64,000 nucleotides of DNA, from positions 586,594 to 650,593 of the forward strand of contig CAYLJV010000001.1 of assembly GCA_964384105.1 (NCBI GenBank). Direction: 5' to 3'. This stretch comes from Candidatus Hadarchaeota archaeon (GTDB lineage: Archaea > Hadarchaeota > Hadarchaeia > Hadarchaeales > JAGGTB01). Within the stretch, counting starts at the first letter, position 1, and every line of letters begins with the position of its first letter. Below the pieces are notes generated by a model. The model worked only from the letters and a program-made list of their open reading frames with translations. It was not told the origin of the DNA and did not search any database. Position numbers and translations under genes: made by a program. Positions 46,630 through 56,206 of this stretch are shown here, one piece after another.

Positions 46630-47049
46630 TTGAGACTTGAAGTTGTAGATATTGAGCGATGTGTAGGATGTCAATTGTGCATGTTTGCTTGCTCTAGACG
46701 ATGGGGTAGTGAGGGTAGTGGTCTCTCGGATTCAAGTATCGGTGTGACCTCGGTTGGTGGAACGGAAAGAGGATTTAAGGTGATTGTTTGCAGAGCTTGC
46801 GATAACCCACCATGTGCAAGGGCCTGTCCCACTGAGGCTCTGGAACCGAGAGAAGAAGGTGGTGGAGTTAATTTCGATTTTTCCAAGTGTACTGGATGTG
46901 GCCAGTGTGTAGACGCTTGCATTATTGGTGCTGTCTTTTGGAATGAGGAGGAAAACAAGCCAATGATTTGTAAGTATTGTGGATATTGTGCGGATTTTTG
47001 TCCACATGGAGTTTTAGAGTTTGGAGAGGGAAAAAATGCTAGAAAATGA
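46630..47049 (+). CDS. Polyferredoxin-like 4Fe-4S protein (four CxxCxxCxxxC(P) motifs), AOR partner
   Basis: 139 aa with four Cys clusters (CVGCQLCMFAC, CRACDNPPCARACP, CTGCGQCVDAC, CKYCGYCADFCP). Its 3' end overlaps the start of the downstream AOR gene. Confidence 0.8.
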   Translation: MRLEVVDIERCVGCQLCMFACSRRWGSEGSGLSDSSIGVTSVGGTERGFKVIVCRACDNPPCARACPTEALEPREEGGGVNFDFSKCTGCGQCVDACIIGAVFWNEEENKPMICKYCGYCADFCPHGVLEFGEGKNARK

Positions 47050-48805
47050 TCCAATTGCGAATGTACTTTATGTAGACCTTTCCGAAAAGCGAGCCCACTG
47101 TGAGAGACGAGAGGATCTCTTTAGCTCGAGATTGGGTGGTACGGGCGTTGCAATTAGACTACTACACGAAGAATGTCCAGAAGGGATAGATCCCTTGGAC
47201 CCTGAAAATCCAATAATTTTTGCTGTAGGACCTCTTAATGGGATTTATCCCATAGCATCGAAGACAGTTGCGATGTTTAAGTCACCCCATACAGGAGACT
47301 TGGGTGAGAGTCATTGTGGTGGTAGAAGTGCCACGTCTATCAGAATGGCTGGTTATGGAGCTATAGTAATAAAAGGATCCAGCGAACTTCCGTTATACTT
47401 AACCATTCATGATAACGATGTCTATTTCCGCGATGCTTCTACTCTGTGGGGGATGGAAAGTAGTTACACAGTGGGCAGGGTGATTAGGGAAAGAGAAAAG
47501 GGTTCGGGAGTAAGAACGATTATGAGAATTGGAAGAGCAGGGGAGAAACTCGTACCCTTTGCAAATGTAATTACGGAGACTTATAGACACTTCGGGAGAC
47601 TTGGACTTGGTGCGGTTTTTGGAAGTAAAAAATTAAAGGCGATTCTTGTTTCTGGCAAGGGGTCTCTTTCTGTAGGTGATAAGAAGAGATACAGGAAACT
47701 GTATGATGATATTTATGAAAAATCTACAGCTTCTCCCGCGATGGAGAAGTATCATGATATAGGAACTCCCGTAAATGTTGATCCTTTAAACGAGATTGGT
47801 GCTCTTCCCACTCGAAACTTGCAGTCCTCAAAATTCGAAGACGCTTCTAAAATCTCCGGGGAGTCTTTTGCCGAGGGGTATCTGGGTAGACGACTTGCAT
47901 GTGCGCACTGCCCTGTTGGTTGCATTCATATAGCAGCTCTCAGAGAACCTTATGAAGACGAATCGTATTTCTACAAAACTTCTTTCATCTCCTATGATTA
48001 TGAACCTATCTTTGCTTTGGCATCTATGTTGGGAGGATCCGACACTGTTGGATTTCTTAAATTATTGGATAGGATAGAAGACTTTGGCCTAGACGCTATG
48101 AGCACGGGAGTTGTTTTAGGTTGGGCTACTGAGGCTCAGGAAAAAGGGATTATCTCGGAGAAAGAGACTTTGGGTATTAAATTAAGCTGGGGTGATTATC
48201 CGAATTATATTGAAGCGGTTCAAAATCTAGTTAATCAGCCGAACACTTTCTATAGGGATCTCGCTCAGGGCGTGGAGAAGGTTTCTTCCAAATACGGAGG
48301 AGAAGATTTTGCTTTGTCCTTTGGTGGAAACGAAATGGCCGGCTATCATACTGGCCATGCCAACTACGTGGGCCTCTCGATTGGTGCAAGACATAGTCAC
48401 CTTGATAATGCGGGATATAGTTTAGACCAGAAACTTCCTAAAGATAGAGAGGTTACTCCCGAAGAGCTTACAGAAAAGTTGGTTAAGGAGGAACGCTGGC
48501 GTCAGATCCTATCGAGTCTAGTTGTATGTTTCTTTGCGAGGGATATCTATAGCCCAGAGATTGTTTCTCAAGCTCTTGATACAATGGGTTTCGAATTCAC
48601 TCCGGAGGACTTGAGCTTGCTGGGAAAAGAGATCCATGAAGACAAATACGATTTTAAGTTTAGGGAAGGTTTCTCTCTCGAAAAATTAAGATTGCCAAAG
48701 AGAATATTCGAGACCTCAACTCCCCAGGGCGAGCTCAATGAGACGTATATAAGAAATATGATTGACCACTTTGGAAAAATAATTAGGGGAGAGAAAGTTG
48801 TCTAA
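47021..48805 (+). CDS. Aldehyde:ferredoxin oxidoreductase family enzyme (second paralog)
   Basis: 594 aa. It has the AOR N-domain pattern (YVDLSEK...GGTGVAIRLL), Cys ligands at 'CAHCPVGC' and AOR C-terminal domains. Confidence 0.9.
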   Translation: MEREKMLENDPIANVLYVDLSEKRAHCERREDLFSSRLGGTGVAIRLLHEECPEGIDPLDPENPIIFAVGPLNGIYPIASKTVAMFKSPHTGDLGESHCGGRSATSIRMAGYGAIVIKGSSELPLYLTIHDNDVYFRDASTLWGMESSYTVGRVIREREKGSGVRTIMRIGRAGEKLVPFANVITETYRHFGRLGLGAVFGSKKLKAILVSGKGSLSVGDKKRYRKLYDDIYEKSTASPAMEKYHDIGTPVNVDPLNEIGALPTRNLQSSKFEDASKISGESFAEGYLGRRLACAHCPVGCIHIAALREPYEDESYFYKTSFISYDYEPIFALASMLGGSDTVGFLKLLDRIEDFGLDAMSTGVVLGWATEAQEKGIISEKETLGIKLSWGDYPNYIEAVQNLVNQPNTFYRDLAQGVEKVSSKYGGEDFALSFGGNEMAGYHTGHANYVGLSIGARHSHLDNAGYSLDQKLPKDREVTPEELTEKLVKEERWRQILSSLVVCFFARDIYSPEIVSQALDTMGFEFTPEDLSLLGKEIHEDKYDFKFREGFSLEKLRLPKRIFETSTPQGELNETYIRNMIDHFGKIIRGEKVV

Positions 48806-48923
48806 TTTTTCTTTTTTCGAAATTTTATTAATTGAATGATAATCATTCTCTGATTATTGGCTGATATATCGGCTGAAATGACATATTAATGCTTCTAGGT
48901 ATATTTTAGGATGTTGTGATTCT

Positions 48924-49670
48924 ATGATCAATTTAGTTCTTTCGGGAATAGCAGTGATTGGAGTAATTATTGCAACCTTTACAGATCTTCGGAGTAATAT
49001 CATCCCCAATAATTTAACTTATTCAATGATTTTAATGGGGGTCTTACTCCATCTAGGTTTTTATCTTTATCGAGGTGGTCTTTTCAGAGCTTTTTATGGC
49101 ATTTTAGGAGGTTCAATAGCTTTTGGAATTGGTCTACTTCTTTATATCATAGGTGGTTGGGCAGGTGGTGACGTGAAGCTTTTGGCAGCTCTTGGTGCAC
49201 TGCTTCCAACTTCTTCATCCCCGATTTTTTCGACTTCTGGTACCACACTTTTTTCAAGATTTCCTTTATTCCCCTTGACAATAATCCTAAATGGTTTGAT
49301 TATCGTTGCGCCTTTTATCATTGCGTATATGATTTGGTGCTTTGCCAAAGGTGAGGGGATAACGTCCACTGATATTTCTATTTCTGAATTGAAACCGGGT
49401 TCTGTTCCAGCAGAAGCTATTTGGGAGGAGAGTGGAGATATTAAGAAGGGTGGTTCTCTACCCCAAAATTATGATAAGTGTTATCTGAACCCCCGTAGGT
49501 TAGAGGAGATCGATGAAAAACAGTTAGAAAAACTTCAGAAATTTTATGAACAGGGGAGGATAAGAGCGGTCAAGATTAGACGAATATTTCCTTTTGCGCC
49601 TGTGATCGCTGCAGGTACAATCTCAGGGATGTTGCTCGGTAACATTTATTGGGTTCTTATTTTTTTATAG
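48924..49670 (+). CDS. Type IV prepilin / preflagellin peptidase (A24 family)
   Basis: 248 aa and polytopic. 'GGWAGGDVKLLAALGALLP' is the A24B active-site motif. Confidence 0.7.
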   Translation: MINLVLSGIAVIGVIIATFTDLRSNIIPNNLTYSMILMGVLLHLGFYLYRGGLFRAFYGILGGSIAFGIGLLLYIIGGWAGGDVKLLAALGALLPTSSSPIFSTSGTTLFSRFPLFPLTIILNGLIIVAPFIIAYMIWCFAKGEGITSTDISISELKPGSVPAEAIWEESGDIKKGGSLPQNYDKCYLNPRRLEEIDEKQLEKLQKFYEQGRIRAVKIRRIFPFAPVIAAGTISGMLLGNIYWVLIFL

Positions 49671-49701
49671 ATCCTATTCTGTCAAATTGGCTTGTAAGTT
49701 C

Positions 49702-50823
49702 CTATCTTCTATAATGGTCTAGTATTTTCGCTGCAGTGAGTCCCATTAAAAAACCTACACCGATATTTGTGAGTAGGGAGAGAATTGCCGTTATGAGAGT
49801 AACGGTCCAAGATTCGGTTTCTTTTCCTGCGAGTCCTAACTCAAGGGCTACGAAAATTAAGAGAGCGCCTAATATCGAGAAAGGGAAGAAGCCTAAAAAC
49901 TCGGCTGAGCCTGCTAAGAATGCTATTCCCAAGTAAATCGAGCCAAGGATTATGTTCGAACCACCAGTCCTTGCTCCGAACCTGTATTGACCCGCTAGAC
50001 CTCCTGATCCGTGACACATGGGGAATCCACCAAAGACACTAGAGGTGATGCACATTATACCCATAGAACCGGAGATTTTGTCGGGATCCACCTTCTGATT
50101 TAGAAGATCTTTGAAGAGTAGAGAAGTAGCAAGTACAGCGTTCCCTGCAGTAAGAAAGAACTGAGGCAGGACTCCATGTATCAGGGCGTCTGGCAAGCTA
50201 CTAATTGCTGGAATTTGGATAGAGGGGGTTGTCATTAGAACTATTGGTGGGAATCCGTTTGAATATATTCCGTAGATTATCCCAATTAGAATAACTACGA
50301 ATGCAGCTATGTTCGGGAAGTCTCTTTTACTTTTCAAGATCAAAAATAGGACTACAACAATTATTCCAAGAAGCGCCAACCATATATGATTCCCAATGTA
50401 GCCTATTGAAGTTTGAAGTAATATAAGGGCTAATCCCAGCTGGATGCCTCTTACTACGCTTTTTGGCACGAACTTATCGATCTTTTTCATTAGTCCAGTA
50501 ATCCCAGAAATCAGAAGTAATACTCCTAACAAGATTCCACTTAGTACAAGACCAGAGTGACTGAGACTTCCCGCTATCGCTACCGCTGCTAAACCTTTCA
50601 TTGGCTCCACGGGCATTGGCAATTTGTAATATAGTCCCGAGGCAATCTGAAATATACCAAAGAATAGTAGCATGTGAGATAGACTAAATCCCGCAGTTAG
50701 AGCTATACCTATTATCAGGGGGACTACAGTTAGGGAATCACCGAGAGCTCCCGAAAATTCTTCTAAGGTAAATCTAAATCCGCCGTCGCTTTTTTTGGTT
50801 TTTAATTCCGCCATAATGACCAT
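49702..50823 (-). CDS. Anion permease of the sulfate-permease/MOT1-like superfamily (no STAS domain)
   Basis: 373 aa with about 10 TM segments. The N-terminus 'FSGALGDSLTVVPLIIGIAL' has the motif flavour of SulP/molybdate-transporter families. The substrate is unknown. Confidence 0.5.
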   Translation of the reverse strand: MVIMAELKTKKSDGGFRFTLEEFSGALGDSLTVVPLIIGIALTAGFSLSHMLLFFGIFQIASGLYYKLPMPVEPMKGLAAVAIAGSLSHSGLVLSGILLGVLLLISGITGLMKKIDKFVPKSVVRGIQLGLALILLQTSIGYIGNHIWLALLGIIVVVLFLILKSKRDFPNIAAFVVILIGIIYGIYSNGFPPIVLMTTPSIQIPAISSLPDALIHGVLPQFFLTAGNAVLATSLLFKDLLNQKVDPDKISGSMGIMCITSSVFGGFPMCHGSGGLAGQYRFGARTGGSNIILGSIYLGIAFLAGSAEFLGFFPFSILGALLIFVALELGLAGKETESWTVTLITAILSLLTNIGVGFLMGLTAAKILDHYRR

Positions 50824-50932
50824 TTCATATGTGGACTCAATTTTCTAAAAGGGTAGCTCCTGATTTTTATTGAGTAAATATAAAAATACGGTTTTGTTAG
50901 TAATGCTAAAACATCCAATGGGAGGTGATAGT

Positions 50933-51475
50933 TTGCATGAAATGACTGAAACGAATTTACATAATGCATTTGCTGGAGAAAGTCAAGCTCACATGAGGTA
51001 CCAGATATATGCAAAAGTTGCAGAGAAAGAGGACTATCCTAACGTAGCTAGATTGTTCCGTGCGATATCGTTTGCCGAAAAGGTTCACGCATCTAATCAT
51101 CTTGAGAGAATGCCTAAGAAAGAAGGTTCCTTTGCAGGAGCCAATCCATATGGGCTCGGCGATACTTCTGAGAACCTTCAAGCTGGAATAGATGGGGAGA
51201 CTTTTGAAATCGAGGAGATGTACCCAGTATATAAACGAGTAGCGGAATTTCAAGAAGAGACTAGTGCAATTCAAACATTTGACTGGGCTCTGAATGCCGA
51301 GAAAATACATGCTAGCATGTATCGAGAGGCTAAGGAGAATGTTGATGTCGGTCAGGATATAGAGCTAGATAAATTACAAATTTGTAGTGTCTGCGGGTAT
51401 ACTAAAGAGGGAACAGCTCCGGATAAGTGTCCAATCTGTGGGGCTAAAAAGAAAGAATTTAGAGAGTTTGATTAA
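50933..51475 (+). CDS. rbr: Rubrerythrin (ferritin-like diiron domain + C-terminal rubredoxin-like CxxC...CxxC)
   Basis: It has 'NLHNAFAGESQAHMRYQIYAKVAEKEDY' with E...ExxH diiron ligands and the C-terminus 'CSVCGY...CPICGA'. The start is assigned to TTG 50933 after GGAGGTGA. The ORF track starts at ATG 50870, and ATG 50942 is an alternative. Confidence 0.8.
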   Translation: MHEMTETNLHNAFAGESQAHMRYQIYAKVAEKEDYPNVARLFRAISFAEKVHASNHLERMPKKEGSFAGANPYGLGDTSENLQAGIDGETFEIEEMYPVYKRVAEFQEETSAIQTFDWALNAEKIHASMYREAKENVDVGQDIELDKLQICSVCGYTKEGTAPDKCPICGAKKKEFREFD

Positions 51476-51504
51476 AAATGACTGGTAGTAAACTTCGTTT
51501 TCTT

Positions 51505-51921
51505 TTATTTTTTCGATTTCACGAATTTTTCATAGGCTTTTAAATCTAGGAGGTTTTCAAGCTCTCCTAGATCAGAGGGTTCCAGTACGCAGATCCATCC
51601 TTCTCCGTAGGGGTCCTCGTTAATTAGCTCTGGTTTCATTTCTAAGTCTTCGTTTACTTCTGTAACTTTTCCACTAACGGGTGAGTAAACTTCGGAAGTG
51701 GATTTGATAGATTCTACAGTGGCCACCTCAGAACCTTCAGAGTCGTTTTCTATGATTTGCTTAACTTCTTTTTCGATTTCCGGAAGTTCCACAAATTCTA
51801 TATCTCCCAGCTCCTCTTGAGCATGGTCACTAATCCCGATTTTTATCTTGTCTCCGATTTTCTTAGCCCATGCATGCTCTTTGTTGAAGTATATAGTTTG
51901 AGATTCTATTTTTCTTGGCAA
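51505..51921 (-). CDS. gcvH: Glycine-cleavage-system H protein (lipoyl carrier)
   Basis: 138 aa. It has 'YFNKEHAWAK...IGISDHAQEELGDIEFVELPE' and the lipoyl-Lys context 'VESIKSTSEVYSPVSGKV'. Confidence 0.8.
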   Translation of the reverse strand: MPRKIESQTIYFNKEHAWAKKIGDKIKIGISDHAQEELGDIEFVELPEIEKEVKQIIENDSEGSEVATVESIKSTSEVYSPVSGKVTEVNEDLEMKPELINEDPYGEGWICVLEPSDLGELENLLDLKAYEKFVKSKK

Positions 51922-51939
51922 TTTACCTCTCCCGAATTT

Positions 51940-53286
51940 TTAGATAGATGATGGTGAAAAATCTCCAGCGTTTTCAGCGGCTTTTAGGATTCCTTCGCTT
52001 ACGGTTGGGTGTACATGAACGGTTCTTATTAACCCCTCAATAGAGAGTTCGTTTTGAACCGCAAGGCTTATTTCATGAATTATTTCACTCGCTTCGGGTC
52101 CAACTATCTGGCCCGCCTTTATTATCCCACTATCATCGATAGCTATTTGTACAACACCCTCTGCCTTGTTTTTAGTATATGCTGCCCCTATTGCTTTGAA
52201 GGATGCTCGACCAACATTATACTCTTCTTTGAATTCTCCAATTTTTGCAAGCTGAGGATCTGTAAATACGACCTCCGGTATTTTTGAGTGTCTTGAAGTC
52301 TTACCCAATATTGAGTCTACTGCTATTACTGCATCCCTGTATGCTTTGTGTGCTAACATTTTCCCCCCAATAACGTCACCTATAGCATAGATGTCTTTCT
52401 CATTTGTCCTGAGGTTTTCATCTGTTTTTATGAAGCCCTTTTTGTCTAGTTCTACTGATGTTTTATCTAGTCCCAGTCCCTCGGTATTGGGTTTTCTGCC
52501 GATTGATACCAGGCATTGGTCCCCGGAAAAACTTATTTCTTCTGAGTTTTTGTCCTTCGCAATGACTGTTACCTTATCTTCTGTTTTTATTTCTGTGATT
52601 TTTGATCCGAGATGTATGTCGATTCCCATCTTTTTTGCATTTTGTGATATTGGGAAGATTACTCTTCTGTCAAAATTTGGGAGAATTTGTTCCATCATCT
52701 CAATTATTGTAACGTTCGATCCTAACTTAGAGCAGATTGTTCCCAGTTCCATTCCTATATAACCTGCTCCGACTATTATCAGATCTTTTGGTAACGAAGT
52801 TAGATTAAAGAAGTCATTTGAGTCTAGAACTTTTTCATGATCAACCGGAATATTAGGTATTTCAGTGGGTTCAGATCCAGTGGCTATGATCGCTTTGCCG
52901 AAATTTAAGGATTCATCCCCAATTCGGGCTTCCTTGGGGGAACTTAGAGTCGCCTCTGTATTTTTAACAGTAACTCCGGCCAGTTCGAGGCTTTTTTCTG
53001 TATTTGATATAAGCTTATCAGTATTACTCCTTGACCATTCTACAATTTTTTTATAATCTATTTCGACCTCTGCTTTTATGCCTAATTCTTGGCTTTTCTT
53101 TGGGTAATATGCTAGATTAGCTGCGGTGACCAGTGATTTTGAGGGTATACATCCCTTATTGAGGCATACTCCACCGATTTTCTCTTTTTCTGCCAAAACT
53201 ACATCTAGACCGCTTTCGGCTGCCCTTAAAGCAGCGGTTAGGCCCCCAGGACCACCGCCTATAACAAGTAAGTCTTTTGATTCCAT
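51940..53286 (-). CDS. lpdA: Dihydrolipoamide dehydrogenase (E3 / L-protein)
   Basis: 448 aa. It has 'LLVIGGGPGGLTAALRAAESG', the redox disulfide 'GGVCLNKGCIPSK', the NAD motif 'IVGAGYIGMELG' and the C-terminal 'HVHPTVSE'. Confidence 0.9.
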   Translation of the reverse strand: MESKDLLVIGGGPGGLTAALRAAESGLDVVLAEKEKIGGVCLNKGCIPSKSLVTAANLAYYPKKSQELGIKAEVEIDYKKIVEWSRSNTDKLISNTEKSLELAGVTVKNTEATLSSPKEARIGDESLNFGKAIIATGSEPTEIPNIPVDHEKVLDSNDFFNLTSLPKDLIIVGAGYIGMELGTICSKLGSNVTIIEMMEQILPNFDRRVIFPISQNAKKMGIDIHLGSKITEIKTEDKVTVIAKDKNSEEISFSGDQCLVSIGRKPNTEGLGLDKTSVELDKKGFIKTDENLRTNEKDIYAIGDVIGGKMLAHKAYRDAVIAVDSILGKTSRHSKIPEVVFTDPQLAKIGEFKEEYNVGRASFKAIGAAYTKNKAEGVVQIAIDDSGIIKAGQIVGPEASEIIHEISLAVQNELSIEGLIRTVHVHPTVSEGILKAAENAGDFSPSSI

Positions 53287-53429
53287 CTCTTTGGATTATT
53301 TAATTTGACTCTTTAATGTTTTTTGTAAGAAATTGTAGTTGCTTATATGTTATCTAAGAGACTAGTAATTCTCATGTCCTGTCCCTATTTTGCGTCTATA
53401 AATGCGTTAAAATTTACTCAAAGTTTTTC

Positions 53430-53654
53430 TCATGATTTTCTAATTTCTACCTCAACTTCACCGCCGTGAATTTTTAGTATTCCTGCTTCAGCCTCTATTT
53501 CTGAATGCTTGTCTTTGAATTCTTCTGGGAGTCCTCTGTATTCTTTAGGCGTAATAATAATCTTTATATCCTCTCTTTCGAATCCAGAGTCGAATAAAAG
53601 CTTTAAAGTTTCTTTTAAATTGCTTATATCTCCTAACTCTAGCTCTATCCTCAA
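53430..53654 (-). CDS. Hypothetical small protein
   Basis: 74 aa and charged. I recognise no motif. Confidence 0.35.
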   Translation of the reverse strand: MRIELELGDISNLKETLKLLFDSGFEREDIKIIITPKEYRGLPEEFKDKHSEIEAEAGILKIHGGEVEVEIRKS

Positions 53655-53899
53655 AAAATCACCTCTTGGTTATTGTTTATCTTTCCCATCCTTAATCATA
53701 TTTCTGCAAGGATGAGGTTATAGGGATATGACTAATCATCAATCTGCCTTTGTTTTGTGAAGGGTATCTCCTAACGGCTTTTAATTAAAAATGTAAAAAA
53801 TGGGTTTAGAAATTGCAAATAATTTGGGGTCTCTATGGCATAAACTAAAGCGTTAGACTGTAGGAAATAAAAGAAAAAAGTTTTGAGTGATGTTTTACT

Positions 53900-54250
53900 T
53901 CATTTAGACCCAAACTCTTCTAAAGCTTCTTTAAGTTTGGTTGAGTAGGCGAGGGCGGGTCCACCACCCATCAAAGTGGCTACTGTGGCTACTTCAGTTA
54001 TCTCATCTTCGGTAGCTCCAGCATCTAGCGCCTTTTTTGTATGAAGACTGATGCAGTATTTGCACCTTGCTGAGATTCCTATGCCTAGAGCGATGAGCTC
54101 CTTGGTCTTTGTGTCAAGAGCACCTTCTTCTAAAACAGAATCCATAAAAGCCTTGAACTTTTTCATTGGATCTTTTTTCTTTTTCGTTAAAAATTTGAAA
54201 CACTCATGGAATTCATCTATGCATTCTTTTGCTTCTCCCAAGAGAAACAC
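53900..54250 (-). CDS. Carboxymuconolactone decarboxylase / AhpD-like family protein
   Basis: 116 aa. 'ALGIGISARCKYCISLHTKKALDAGATEDEI...VATLMGGGPA' matches the CMD family signature with a Cys pair. Confidence 0.7.
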   Translation of the reverse strand: MFLLGEAKECIDEFHECFKFLTKKKKDPMKKFKAFMDSVLEEGALDTKTKELIALGIGISARCKYCISLHTKKALDAGATEDEITEVATVATLMGGGPALAYSTKLKEALEEFGSK

Positions 54251-54412
54251 CTCCTTTTATCTATTGGTATAAGATTGGTATGTCATTACCATCTGTTAAA
54301 GTATTCGGAGATTAGAATATTTTAATATTCAGTTTCCTATAAGAGGTTTACCGGAACAAATAAAGGGGTGTAATTAAGCTAAAAATTAGGAAAGGAGAGC
54401 TGGATTGATATA

Positions 54413-55198
54413 ATGAATAGAGGTTTAGACGAATCTGAGATTACACGAATAATTCTGGAAGAATTTGTGGATGAATTCGGAAAAAAAGTTGAGGTAGATG
54501 TAGCCATAGTTGGGGCGGGGCCGTCTGGGATGACTGCAGCTAGATATCTTGCAAGAGATGGCTATAATGTAGTCATTTTAGAAAGAAAACTTAGTATTGG
54601 TGGTGGGATGTGGGGTGGTGGAATGGCTTTCCCTGTTGCCGTGATACAGCCAAAAGCAAAGGAAATAGTCGAGGAGAACGGAGTGAGACTAAAGGAGAGA
54701 GACGGCTACTATGTTGTGGATTGTATTGAAATGGCGGCTAAAGTCGCAGCGACTACTACCGATGCTGGAGCAAAAATTTTCAATAATATAACCGTGGAGG
54801 ATGTTATGATTAGAGAAGACGATCGGGTGAATGGGGTAGTGATAAATTGGTCCTCAGTTTTATTGGCAGGACTTCATGTTGACCCTCTCTCAATTAAGTC
54901 GGATGTAGTAATTGACTCTTCAGGTCATGATGCCGAATTACTTAGAGTTATACGGAAAAAAATCCCTGATGCAGAATCAAAATTTCAGATTAGTTATCCT
55001 GGAGTAGAGAGATCGATGTGGGCAGATAGGGGAGAGGAAGAGGTTGTTAAGAATACTAGAGAGGTTTATCCTGGGGTTATAGTGTCAGGTATGGCTGCAA
55101 ATGCGGCTTTTAGATCTCCAAGAATGGGTCCTATATTCGGTGGAATGTTTTTGTCCGGGAAGAAAGCGGCAGAGGAAGCAAAAAAACTGCTGGAATAA
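54413..55198 (+). CDS. thi4: Thiazole synthase Thi4 (archaeal type)
   Basis: 261 aa. 'VAIVGAGPSGMTAARYLARDGYNVVILERKLSIGGGMWGGGM' is the diagnostic Thi4 N-terminal region. Confidence 0.85.
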   Translation: MNRGLDESEITRIILEEFVDEFGKKVEVDVAIVGAGPSGMTAARYLARDGYNVVILERKLSIGGGMWGGGMAFPVAVIQPKAKEIVEENGVRLKERDGYYVVDCIEMAAKVAATTTDAGAKIFNNITVEDVMIREDDRVNGVVINWSSVLLAGLHVDPLSIKSDVVIDSSGHDAELLRVIRKKIPDAESKFQISYPGVERSMWADRGEEEVVKNTREVYPGVIVSGMAANAAFRSPRMGPIFGGMFLSGKKAAEEAKKLLE

Positions 55199-55225
55199 GA
55201 ATAGTAGAATAAGATCATAATTAGA

Positions 55226-56206
55226 GTGTCGAAATTGACTATTGAACATGGTATCTGGGTTGAAAAGTATCGTCCACAAAAACTGGAGGATATAGTAGGA
55301 CAAGACCCGATAGTGGAAAGGCTAAAAACTTTCGTGGAGGAACAATCGCTTCCACATCTTCTTTTCGCTGGCCCACCGGGGAACGGAAAGACAACTGCAG
55401 CGTTATGTATAGCAAAGGAATTATTTGGTAAGGGATGGAAACAGAATTTTTTAGAACTTAACGCTTCTGATGAGCGTGGGATTGACACTGTCAGAACTAG
55501 GATAAAAGATTACGCTAGAACCCGGCCAGTTGGTGATGTTCCATATAAACTAATATATTTAGATGAATCGGACGCTTTGACTTCTCAAGCGCAGCATGCT
55601 TTAAGGAGAACAATGGAAATGTATTCAAAAACTTGTCGATTCATCCTGGCCTGTAATTATTCGAGTAAGATCATCGAGCCGATACAATCAAGGTGTGCTG
55701 TCTTTAGATTTAGAAGGCTAGGAAAGGATGGAATTGCGGAAGTCCTAAAAAAGATTGCAAAAAACGAGGATTTGAATCTAAAAGAGAGCGGGATAGATGC
55801 GATTATATACGTTTCTGAAGGTGACATGCGAAGAGCAATAAATGTTCTACAAGCTGCGGCTGCTTTAAGAGAAGAGATCAATGAAGACGTAATCTATCAG
55901 GTTAGTGCCACTGCTAGTCCAGGTGAGGTTAAAGAAATGATGAGATTAGCTTTGGATGGAAATTTTGAGGATGCAAGAAAAAAGCTAAACGATCTTACTA
56001 TCAATCAGGGGCTTGCTGGGGATGATATCTTACAACAGATACATCGAGAGATTTTTGACATGGAGATACCTGAGCCGATGAAAGTGAATCTTATAGATAA
56101 AATTGGTGAATACGATTTTAGGTTGGTGGAGGGTGCAAATGAGAGAATTCAGTTAGAAGCTGCTTTAGCTTATCTAGCAAGAATTGGGAATAGAATGAAA
56201 ACTTAA
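55226..56206 (+). CDS. rfcS: Replication factor C small subunit
   Basis: 326 aa. It has 'WVEKYRPQKLEDIVGQ', the Walker A 'GPPGNGKTT', the DEAD-like 'IYLDESDAL' and the 'SRC' motif (IQSRCAVFRF). Confidence 0.9.
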   Translation: MSKLTIEHGIWVEKYRPQKLEDIVGQDPIVERLKTFVEEQSLPHLLFAGPPGNGKTTAALCIAKELFGKGWKQNFLELNASDERGIDTVRTRIKDYARTRPVGDVPYKLIYLDESDALTSQAQHALRRTMEMYSKTCRFILACNYSSKIIEPIQSRCAVFRFRRLGKDGIAEVLKKIAKNEDLNLKESGIDAIIYVSEGDMRRAINVLQAAAALREEINEDVIYQVSATASPGEVKEMMRLALDGNFEDARKKLNDLTINQGLAGDDILQQIHREIFDMEIPEPMKVNLIDKIGEYDFRLVEGANERIQLEAALAYLARIGNRMKT

